This document shows positions 19,417 to 27,190 of a DNA stretch of 54,706 bases, in pieces (within the stretch, counting starts at the first letter, position 1; each line of letters begins with the position of its first letter). The notes below the pieces were generated by a model. That model was not told the origin of the DNA, ran no database searches, and worked only from the letters and a program-made list of their open reading frames with translations. Where the stretch lies: IMG/VR virus record IMGVR_UViG_3300011269_000005, positions 1 to 54,706 of that record; one strand, 5' to 3'. Made by a program: the position numbers and the translations under genes. Origin of the DNA: a virus. Its lineage: Duplodnaviria; Caudoviricetes.

Positions 19417-19836
19417 ATGATGTTCGAGATAACCAATGTGCTAGGCGAGACGAGGCCAGTAACGCAACTGTACTCATGGAACGAGGACAGCAAAGACTAC
19501 GCAGCTTATAACTGCCCATTTTGCTGCTCGGCCGTCAGCACGCAGCGCAACGTGGTCGCATGCGAAAATCCGTGGTGCCTCGCTAACCCTATGATGCCAG
19601 TAGCGGAAGCCCAGAAGCTTCGCGACAAGGCCAGCACGCGTGAACGCGAAGAGATTGAACGCAAACGCAATCATGAGCTAGCGATGATTCGCATTCGCGA
19701 GGATAACGAGCGTAGGATCCACGGGTATCAGGAGTTCGCAATAAGGGTGCGTGCGGTTAATGGCTGTCTGCGCTGCTCGAATCAGTATCACGACAAGATT
19801 CGCAAGCATCGCGCGGAATGCCCAAAAGCAGCATGA
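19417..19836 (+). CDS. Early Zn-finger and coiled-coil hypothetical protein
   Basis: CPFC..CENPWC, CLRC...H..EC, follows repeat 2. Confidence 0.7.
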   Translation: MMFEITNVLGETRPVTQLYSWNEDSKDYAAYNCPFCCSAVSTQRNVVACENPWCLANPMMPVAEAQKLRDKASTREREEIERKRNHELAMIRIREDNERRIHGYQEFAIRVRAVNGCLRCSNQYHDKIRKHRAECPKAA

Positions 19837-20256
19837 GGCACACACCATCAATCTTTAAGCAGATGGATTCTTATATCAAACGCAACAAGCGACTTGAACA
19901 GAATTGCATCAGACGCCATGCCAAACGATGGTCGCCAAAATGTTTTCGCTGCCGTAGAGCTTGCGCCATGATGCTGCGGTCGCTCGGGATCGAGATTCTA
20001 TGAAGAGAAAAGATTTTGTCCGCGGACAATACGCTGGCCCAGTTGGCGGAATGGGTGTCGATAATACGGGCGTAGTTCCGGTCAGCCCAGAGCAGGAAGA
20101 AATCGATTTGCTGCGCGATTTCCTTGATGACGTTCGCGAACGAATCCTTACTGCTATACGCCAATGGCCGGAAGATGCGTTAATGCCACTGGCTGAATGG
20201 GTTGATAAATATGACGCAATCCGACTAACCAACCCACGCTGACGGGGAGAAAAGAG

Positions 20257-20385
20257 ATGACCCTTCTAATTACCGCATTAGCCTTCACCGCGTACATGAT
20301 CGTCGGCCAGATAACGCGCAATCGCCTGCAGGCCCGGCGCTACGAGCACATGCTCAATCGCATGATCGAACTAGAGCGCCGCTAA
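20257..20385 (+). CDS. 42-aa membrane peptide (not in the ORF track)
   Basis: MTLLITALAFTAYMIVGQITRNRLQARRYEHMLNRMIELERR*, flanked by repeats 3 and 4. Confidence 0.65.
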   Translation: MTLLITALAFTAYMIVGQITRNRLQARRYEHMLNRMIELERR

Positions 20386-20413
20386 CCAAACCACGCTGAC
20401 GGAGGGATGAAAG

Positions 20414-20563
20414 ATGTTCAACTTCGGGATTCGCACAGTCTGGGTAGAATGCAAAGGCCTCGTCGTCCATTTCACGATGATTTGCGGTTGTTTGCTGCGT
20501 TTAGACGCAAACGGCCATCACGCTGGGCAACATCTTTGCCGTAAGCACAGGCACCAAGCTTAG
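20414..20563 (+). CDS. 49-aa Cys/His-rich peptide (not in the ORF track)
   Basis: MFNFGIRTVWVECKGLVVHFTMICGC...LCRKHRHQA*, after repeat 4. Confidence 0.55.
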   Translation: MFNFGIRTVWVECKGLVVHFTMICGCLLRLDANGHHAGQHLCRKHRHQA

Positions 20564-20994
20564 GGAATGAACATATGGATAACCTCGATTTAATCACCCG
20601 TCTCGCGTACCGCTTGGCTCAATACCATATTTGCGATCATCCGAGCCTCAAGGAAGAAGGATGCGCGGTGTGTTTAGTTTTATGGGAAGTAGGGCAGATA
20701 AAGAAGGAGGAACGCCAATGACCACACTACTACTCACGTCCCTCAGTCCCTTCGCGGCATGGCTGCTCTGGGGCGGCCTGACGCTCGGCGTTGCTTGGCT
20801 GATGGTCCGGGGCTGCGCCATAATGGATTGGCTGCTCGGGGCGCAGGGATGAAGACCTACCAACGCGACGCTAAGCGCAAGCGCCTCTGCGAACAGCGCG
20901 GACTCTTCAGCCGGGCGCAGCGCCGCTTTGTACGTCACTGGCGCAAGGTCACCAAACGACGCCTCGACGAGCTAAAGGCATGGGGGTTCTAAAA

Positions 20995-21129
20995 ATGAAA
21001 TTCATACCATCAATCGCAATCGAATACGGTCTGTTCGCCTTGGCTCTTGCGACTATCGTAACCGTGGTCGGGCGCCAATACGCTGACATGCTTGTCGGCT
21101 TTATCCAGGGCGTGACGGTCGCGCTATGA
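20995..21129 (+). CDS. Flp (type IVb/Tad) pilin-like 44-aa protein lacking the prepilin Gly (not in the ORF track)
   Basis: MKFIPSIAIEYGLFALALATIVTVVGRQYADMLVGFIQGVTVAL*. The AIEYGL motif plus hydrophobic helix is the Flp signature. Confidence 0.65.
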   Translation: MKFIPSIAIEYGLFALALATIVTVVGRQYADMLVGFIQGVTVAL

Positions 21130-21484
21130 ACTCCGCAGAAGGAGCAACGGTTGAACGGCCTGTTAGTTAGCGGCCAACTAAACGAAGCGAAGTTCGCGAC
21201 AGGTCGTGATCCCGTGGCGAAGATTCAGTGCAGACTGCGCCGCTACGAAGAAGACAGCATCTGTGGAGTCGCACGATGAGAAGTGGACTGTGTCGTAAGC
21301 TCGTGTGGTGTATCGCTTGCAAACGGTGCTGGATCGGCTGCGGACTACCGAAAGGAACCTGCGTCGATAGCTTGGATCACTGGATAATCTGCGGACCCTG
21401 TAGTGATGAAGATCCAGGCTGTTGACCGGAGCAGCGAACCGGCGGAAGTCTTCGCGGAGACTCCGCCTGAAGGGAGGAAAGCGA

Positions 21485-21772
21485 ATGAACGAAGCTAAGC
21501 TAGCATTACTGGAGCGGTGCGCCAGAGAGGGCACGCTAGCGACCGCAATCGCCGAAGATGGAAGTCTCGGAGAGGAGATTATCCGCAACGTCCGCGAGAG
21601 CGCTTCGATGACTAACGTCGCAACCCGCTACACCCGCGCCTACGGATATTTGAGAAGCGCCGTGGATGGCGCGCTGGATCTGCTAACTAGAGGCGTGACT
21701 ACGCTGGAATGCGGAGCTTACGACCGCCTCAAAGATGCCGTCGAGCGAATCGACGAGGAACTAAATCAATGA
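21485..21772 (+). CDS. Hypothetical protein
   Basis: GGAGG SD before MNEAKLALL. Confidence 0.6.
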   Translation: MNEAKLALLERCAREGTLATAIAEDGSLGEEIIRNVRESASMTNVATRYTRAYGYLRSAVDGALDLLTRGVTTLECGAYDRLKDAVERIDEELNQ

Positions 21773-22036
21773 ACCGCCCAATGATCAACTTCGATCTGCG
21801 TGACTGCTACAAGCGGGCTAAGGGCGGATATATGGCTTGCTTCGACGAGAGCGGAATTCATGCAGTATTCCTCAAGCGCGGTAAGGTCTGGCGGGTTGCG
21901 CGGCTTGAACTCTGGTGGGCGATAAATCCCAAACCCAAGCTGCAAGGCTGAACAATCATGACGCCGCTCCTTACAACAACCCTCTAGAGATGGACCCGCG
22001 CGCCGACTGGGTGCAAATCCAATCGGAATTATATAT

Positions 22037-22065
22037 TTGACGAACCTACGGTCTACGGGTAGTAT
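22037..22065 (+). promoter_or_regulatory. Sigma70-type promoter directed across the tRNA (antisense) toward the Panacea gene
   Basis: TTGACG 22037-22042, 17-bp spacer, TAGTAT 22060-22065. Confidence 0.65.
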
Positions 22066-22143
22066 GGGGACCGGCATCGCGCCTTGCTAGCGCTGGCTAT
22101 TCCGGACCCGCCTCTTACCGGATGGCTGGCGCTTGTCTTAAGA

Positions 22144-22231
22144 CCGAGGGTGGGCGATTCGAACGCCCGAAGGCCCGGTGGACCTTTCCGGTTTTTGAGA
22201 CCGGTGCAATAAGCCACTCTGCCAACCCTCG
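22144..22231 (-). tRNA. 88-nt class II tRNA with a Ser-type body and anticodon CAA (Leu, UUG); no encoded CCA
   Basis: CGAGGGT TG GCAGAGTGGCTTATTGC A CCGGT CTCAAAA ACCGG A-AAGGTCC-ACC-GGGCCTT-C GGGCG TTCGAAT CGCCC ACCCTCG G. All stems pair. Confidence 0.85.
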
Positions 22232-22319
22232 GTTGTTACGGTCAGCGGGAGGGAGACGCAAGAGGCTGGGTGGCTCGTTTGGCAGACGCATCCTCGGCAA
22301 CCGCGAGCGGGGTTTCATC

Positions 22320-22748
22320 ATGGCTAGGGTTCATGACGTTGCGGCCTACATTTTAGGCGAGCGCGGGAGCATGACCACTTGGAAACTTCAGAAGTTGGTC
22401 TATTACTCTCAGGCGTGGTCGCTCGTTTGGGACGACAAGCCACTCTTTCAAGCTCGTATCGAGGCGTGGGCGAACGGACCAGTAGTTCCCGTCCTCTACA
22501 GCCATCATCGTGGTGCTTATCAGATCTCGCACTGGCCCAACGGCAGTCGAAGTGGGCTGACCACAAAGGAGCGCGAGACCGTAGATGCGGTGGTGAATTT
22601 CTACGGGCCTAAGACTTCTCAATGGCTCAGCGATCTGACCCATCTAGAAGCCCCGTGGATAAATGCTCGAAAAGGGCTTGCCCCTGGCGAGCGTGGCAAT
22701 GTGGAGATTACTCCCGCTGCGATGCTGGAATACTACAGCAGCCTGTAA
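22320..22748 (+). CDS. Panacea/SocA (DUF4065) antitoxin domain protein
   Basis: MTTWKLQKLVYYSQAW...PLF...IEAWANGPVVP...LSDLTHLEAPW. Confidence 0.9.
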   Translation: MARVHDVAAYILGERGSMTTWKLQKLVYYSQAWSLVWDDKPLFQARIEAWANGPVVPVLYSHHRGAYQISHWPNGSRSGLTTKERETVDAVVNFYGPKTSQWLSDLTHLEAPWINARKGLAPGERGNVEITPAAMLEYYSSL

Positions 22749-22983
22749 GATCCGTTGTCCAAAAAGCCAAATCCCATGGTGCCGTCGCAACCGAGGTCGA
22801 CAGCAGTTTAGTCGTAGTGTAAAAGGTGAAAGCGTACCGACCTTATTGGAACTGGCACGCACGAACATATAGGAGAGACGCTTATGCATGAAAGAGCTGG
22901 CCCGACGCGCCTTACGCCTTACCCCAAAGAGGTAATGACTAAGGGCTGAACTGGCCAATTCAGGTCGTCAGCAAGTGGAATTG

Positions 22984-23017
22984 CGGGCCATCCAACTCGG
23001 ATGGCCCGTTTTCATTT
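22984..23017 (+). terminator. Rho-independent terminator ending the rightward early block
   Basis: CGGGCCATCC-AACTC-GGATGGCCCG followed by TTTTCATTT. Confidence 0.8.
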
Positions 23018-23107
23018 CAGCGCAGCCAGATTTAAGCCGACATCAACCATAGATCCTCCAGAATTCAGGCCCTTAATGCCGAAAGAAGGCGCGGGCGTCG
23101 GTCAGGG

Positions 23108-23320
23108 TCATCGTGGTTGCTCCACGCACGGGAATAAATCTGGGTAATAGGGGTTCCACTTATCTACCTCCAACAGCGCCCAGTGTCGGCAGCGACGACA
23201 GATCCAAGCTCTACCCATTGGCTTGAGCAGGATAGCCGTCCCGCGTACCACGATGTCGGCCTCGATCTCCTGCCAGTCATGCGGATCTGGCGTTTTGTTA
23301 GCGGCAAGCCCTTCCTTCAC
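23108..23320 (-). CDS. Small CxxC hypothetical protein
   Basis: HDW...WICRRCRH, coupled to the upstream ORF. Confidence 0.5.
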   Translation of the reverse strand: MKEGLAANKTPDPHDWQEIEADIVVRGTAILLKPMGRAWICRRCRHWALLEVDKWNPYYPDLFPCVEQPR

Positions 23321-23653
23321 TGGCAGGCGTTTCCCTTCGTTAGTTTGTCGAGTTCCCGTTCCTCGCTCCGCAACGCGCGGTCGACCAAAACCCTCAGCTG
23401 CGCGCGGATGATGTGGTCGCAGACTCCAGCTCTCCTGAGCCGTTCAACCTCACGGTTCAGGTGCTGCTGAATCATCTCCGTGGCCTTCACGTGTGCTGTC
23501 AAATCCATCATTAACCTCCGATGCGTACACGTCCATAAACGTATTCTAGGTGTAGGGCGCAAAAAACCAGAGGAGATACAGCAAAACCTCTTTAGTTCAT
23601 TGCCTTATTCGCTTGCTGTTGCTGTATGGATCACTTAAGGTCTACAGCAAACA

Positions 23654-25687
23654 TCAATCTTGCGATTCCCCGCCAAACAGTTTATCGGTCGGCTTCGCCC
23701 CATCGTAAGGCAACCAATATCGGTAGCCCTTCCCTCTCTTGCTGCGCTCAAGCTGCTTGTTCTCGTAAAGCTGTTTTAAGGCGTTCTGTGCCTCCGGTCG
23801 GTTAATCTCCAATGCCTTCATCACTTCTGTGACCGAAAACTCCTTCCCTGGCTCATCACTCTCGATTAGCGCCATCACCCGCGGTGCATAGACGACCCAT
23901 TTCATCCAGTTCTTGAAGTCCCCTTTCGATGCCGCGATCCCATCGAGACCTACATTCACCACGGTCGGGCTAATCGGCACCCCGCGCGGATCCCGCGCCA
24001 TCGTGCTTTCGACTGTGAAGAGATTATCCGCCCATTTACGAGCCAATATGATCGGGCTGAACCTAGCCGCGATCCCTTGACTACCCAACGCCGCCACCGC
24101 CGCTGTCGCGATATCGGGCAGGTGCTTCGGTGAATGATGGCTCGCCTCGACGTGGCTTTCAGTCTGGGATGCCAATGTCTGCATCATTCCGACGGCTTCC
24201 CGAGTGCCTGCATAGCTCATTTCGTCCTTGATTCCCACGAAATCAAACAGCATATCGCAGGCGATAAAGGCCGTTTTATGACGGATTGCCTGTTCCGCGA
24301 TTGCGTCCAAAACGGCTCTCGGTTCAGCAGCCGCACCTTGCTCCGTATTGACGTGTACCAGCGCCAACGGGTCTTCTCGCGCATTCCAGCCCATCCTCAG
24401 CAACTCCATGCGAGCCGTCATCACTTCGTCCTCAGAGGCAGCATAGATAACATGGCCCTGTAGGGTCTGCCGCCCCAAGAACGGCAGGCCCTTGGCTATC
24501 GCCAGCGCAAGACTGCGCAAAATCGTGCTCTTCCCGTGATGCTTCCCGCCAACGATCAGAGAAATCGCGCTCGAATAAAGCAGGCTCTCTACAACCGGTT
24601 GGCGCTTCAAGTAGGCTTCGTTGGCGATGACCGCTTGATCGCGGTCTTCCCAAATGATGAGTGAACGCGCTGGAACAATTCCGTTGGCGTTGCGGTTCTG
24701 AACAGTCGGGAGCCTGAAGGTATCCTGTAGCTGCGTCGCCAGCCATTGCAGTTCCTCATCTATCTCGACTGGCGTCAGTGCCGGATCGCGCGTCAGCCCG
24801 TCTTGGGGCAAGTTCCGGTGCTTGTTCAGCGAGGCTACCCAGTTATCCAAGGTCGAGCTGGCTAACATCCCCCGTGTCAACTCGCGCTCAGGTCCAAGCG
24901 GCGCCTTATTGAGCATCCCCTCGCTCTCGCCCTTCACCCGGTCATAGAGATTCAACTTCCACGACGTAACGTCAGGAGTCCGCAATGCGGGCACCTCAGA
25001 GCCGTTCTGCGTCCCGTTCTGCCCTGAGGCTAGCTGTCGTCCCGTCCCCCGCTTGACGCCGCCCTCTGCGGGTGCTACTCGTGAATTCTCCTCCGAGTGT
25101 GAAGAAGCTACGTTCGCCGCCCCGGATGCTCGTTCCCCCGACGCCGGGGCGGTCGCGTCTTCGACTCCTATAGTCCAAGCCGCCCCGTTATGTTGGCGTT
25201 CGGTATTTCGCCTTGAGGCCGATCCCCCTGGGCGATCTGATTGAGGCGATATGCCAACTCGCCGAGTTCCTTCCGTGTCAGCATCTGCCGCCCCCCTAGA
25301 TCTATTTCGTAGGCGTCCATCGGCCGTCCCTCGAACGTCCGCAATCGCCGAATCTTGATCTTCCGTGCCCTCATCGCGTCCTCCTGACTGGTTAGCCAAA
25401 TTGGCACGGGCGGCGGGAGTCGAACCTTGCGGAGCATGGCTAGCACTCTCCGCATTTTGCGCCACCTCCGGGTTAACGACCCGGTGCTCTCCCTCGAGAG
25501 CTTCGCCCGTAAACTCCGCCTCTGTCAGCGTCCGCTCGATATCGCACGACAGATAGATGTTCCGCGTGAATTGATGCGCCCTCGCTCGGCATGGCGGCCC
25601 GTGCTTCTTGCACGCCGTCGTGAACGTTCTGGCGTCCTGCCAGGTCACGTCTTCCAGGTCGGCGGCAAGGTCAGAGAGCGTCATCAT
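23654..25687 (-). CDS. RepA-like AAA (AAA_25) helicase/replication protein with long disordered linker and C-terminal winged helix
   Basis: Walker A GGKHHGKST, FLGRQT..GHVIYAASED, Walker B IACD, SHHSPK. Probable start at the ATGA overlap 25687. Confidence 0.8.
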   Translation of the reverse strand: MMTLSDLAADLEDVTWQDARTFTTACKKHGPPCRARAHQFTRNIYLSCDIERTLTEAEFTGEALEGEHRVVNPEVAQNAESASHAPQGSTPAARANLANQSGGRDEGTEDQDSAIADVRGTADGRLRNRSRGAADADTEGTRRVGISPQSDRPGGSASRRNTERQHNGAAWTIGVEDATAPASGERASGAANVASSHSEENSRVAPAEGGVKRGTGRQLASGQNGTQNGSEVPALRTPDVTSWKLNLYDRVKGESEGMLNKAPLGPERELTRGMLASSTLDNWVASLNKHRNLPQDGLTRDPALTPVEIDEELQWLATQLQDTFRLPTVQNRNANGIVPARSLIIWEDRDQAVIANEAYLKRQPVVESLLYSSAISLIVGGKHHGKSTILRSLALAIAKGLPFLGRQTLQGHVIYAASEDEVMTARMELLRMGWNAREDPLALVHVNTEQGAAAEPRAVLDAIAEQAIRHKTAFIACDMLFDFVGIKDEMSYAGTREAVGMMQTLASQTESHVEASHHSPKHLPDIATAAVAALGSQGIAARFSPIILARKWADNLFTVESTMARDPRGVPISPTVVNVGLDGIAASKGDFKNWMKWVVYAPRVMALIESDEPGKEFSVTEVMKALEINRPEAQNALKQLYENKQLERSKRGKGYRYWLPYDGAKPTDKLFGGESQD
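25168..25374 (-). CDS. 68-aa gene nested in the +1 frame of the Rep linker
   Basis: AGGAGG-N5-ATG, then MRARKIKIRRLRTFEGRPMDAYEIDLGGRQMLTRKELGELAYRLNQIA... Confidence 0.55.
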   Translation of the reverse strand: MRARKIKIRRLRTFEGRPMDAYEIDLGGRQMLTRKELGELAYRLNQIAQGDRPQGEIPNANITGRLGL

Positions 25688-25923
25688 TCTGGATGCCCAG
25701 GGCAACCAGTCTTCGGATCGAAACCTTCGCATGGCCCAGTCGGCAGTAGTTCATGTCCCTTTGCTAACTCGTCCATCAAAGCCTCGCGCAATTCTATCGG
25801 CGAGCGGAAATGACCGCCGTCATCTTTCGTGACCCACTGTAGCGCGCGACGTAAGTCGCGGTCCGAGTAGTGAAGTAGGCCACGCACCGATTGAGCCAGA
25901 TGGATTACGCGGTACGGTTTCAT
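25684..25923 (-). CDS. Conserved small phage protein
   Basis: SVRGLL...GHELLP.GPCEGFD.KTGCPGH motif, with ATGA overlaps at both ends. Confidence 0.65.
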   Translation of the reverse strand: MKPYRVIHLAQSVRGLLHYSDRDLRRALQWVTKDDGGHFRSPIELREALMDELAKGHELLPTGPCEGFDPKTGCPGHPE

Positions 25924-26267
25924 CTGCACTGCTCCATCAATCTTTCGACCAGCCGCGCGAACTGGGGATTCTGCCGCATCCGCCGCGCCACGACGTTGCA
26001 GGAGTGAATGACCGTGGCGTGGTTGCGCCTGAAACTCATGCCGATGCGCGGGAAGGACCAGCCGCACAACTCCCGCACTAGATAGGCCGCTACATGCCGT
26101 GCGGCAGAGACGTGCGCGCGGCGAGTCTCCGTGGCAAAATCGAACTCGGGCGATAGCCGGAACTCGCTACGCACGACATCGCGAATTCGGTCGAGCAGAT
26201 CAATCCGAGGTTGCGACAGCGCTACTAGCCACTCAGGGTCGAACTGGCCAATTAGTTCAGGTTCCAT
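25920..26267 (-). CDS. Stand-alone DnaA C-terminal (domain IV) HTH protein
   Basis: RRAHVSAARHVAAYLVREL..WSFPRIG..F.RNHATVIHS. Confidence 0.85.
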   Translation of the reverse strand: MEPELIGQFDPEWLVALSQPRIDLLDRIRDVVRSEFRLSPEFDFATETRRAHVSAARHVAAYLVRELCGWSFPRIGMSFRRNHATVIHSCNVVARRMRQNPQFARLVERLMEQCR

Positions 26268-26699
26268 CTTTCCCCTTCTTCGGAAACGCACAGGCAAAAC
26301 ACAACCCGCCGTTGCTACGGTATTCGCTGATTATTTCTTTCGTCATGGCGTTGTACCGGACGATAGCGATCTCTCGTCCGCAAGCCTCGCAGATCGCCGT
26401 CACGTCGCGGTGCGCGGGCAGCTCCGCCGCCCCGAATAACTCGCCCTGTCTGACGCTCACGGCATCGTGCCCAATGCATCTTCGAGAGTCCGAATTAGTC
26501 GACGGATGTCACCTTTGCGTAAGTGTATCCCAGCATCGCTTTCTCGGTAGTCAGGTTCATGGTTCTTTGCTGTAAGCCACATGAACTTTCCGAGTGGATC
26601 GGCGGAACTTTCATGAATCTCTATTTCGGAACCTCGCGAATCCTTAATAATCGGCCAGCGTCGAAATCCGCGGTTGTCTCGTCTAGGTTTCATCGGCAT
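26257..26699 (-). other. Two small hypothetical genes (26257-26460 with CxxC pairs; 26457-26699)
   Basis: Coupled ORFs, with an SD upstream of 26699. Confidence 0.55.
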
Positions 26700-26800
26700 T
26701 CTCCTCCGCTCGGAAGGTGGGCGTAACTCCGTGATGTAATCCGTCGCGTGCGCAGCGTCAACGGCGCGGCCTTTGTAGTGGACCGTGGTCCAGACTGCTA

Positions 26801-26995
26801 CTAACTGTCAGCCGCTACCTTGCCGTTTCTGGGAACCCGAACCACTGGCTGCTGCTGTGTCAGGAATTTACGCGCCAGAAGCGCCCACAAATCGGCAACG
26901 TCCTGCTGGCGCCGCATTGCCGCTAATTTAAACTGAAGATATTCCGCGCGAGTCAAACGAACGCGAGTGAGTATATCCGAAGCTGATGTGGCCAA
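26801..26995 (-). CDS. Ribbon-helix-helix-like regulator
   Basis: TRVRLTRAEYLQFKLAAMRRQQDVADL, first gene of the leftward operon. Confidence 0.55.
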   Translation of the reverse strand: MATSASDILTRVRLTRAEYLQFKLAAMRRQQDVADLWALLARKFLTQQQPVVRVPRNGKVAADS

Positions 26996-27024
26996 TGTCT
27001 AGCCTCTATCCGAAAGGTATTGCA

Positions 27025-27165
27025 AAGTTGAATGGACCATCGAAGTTGAATAGACCATCGAATGTTGCATATGTCACGCGTAACTGTCAAGCCAAGCGCC
27101 AAGACGAAACCTATCAACAGCCCCCACTTGACGCCATCATGTTATGCGTGTTACATCTGTTGCAT
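27025..27165. promoter_or_regulatory. Divergent control region with tandem 18-bp repeats and TGTTRCAT boxes
   Basis: AAGTTGAATRGACCATCG at 27025-27042 and 27043-27060. TGTTRCAT at 27063, 27149 and 27158. Back-to-back -35 hexamers TTGACA (minus, 27090-27085) and TTGACG (plus, 27128-27133). Confidence 0.6.
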
Positions 27166-27190
27166 GTTTAGGGTAAGGAGAGAACAAGCT

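Larger units (their letters stand above)
19017..20416 (+). repeat. Four start-associated repeats (C)CACGCTGACGG-R-G..ATG
   Basis: Copies precede the ATGs at 19036, 19417, 20257 and 20414. A 24-bp GCTGACGGGGAGAAAAGAGATGAC is identical at 19017-19040 and 20238-20261. Confidence 0.85.

Noticed and set aside
19017-20416. CRISPR mini-array interpretation of the repeats
   Set aside because: Spacing is irregular (about 150-840 bp), the intervals are genes, and the repeats include SD and ATG.
21995-22030. GGTGCAAATCC T-loop-like motif as a second tRNA or ncRNA
   Set aside because: No cloverleaf could be built around it, and it may lie in a short ORF.
22144-22231. tRNA as an attP core
   Set aside because: No integrase was found, and the gene is full-length rather than a 3' fragment. 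This cannot be fully excluded.
22122-22319. 66-aa N-terminal extension of the Panacea ORF
   Set aside because: It is the translated antisense of the tRNA. The family sequence begins at ATG 22320.
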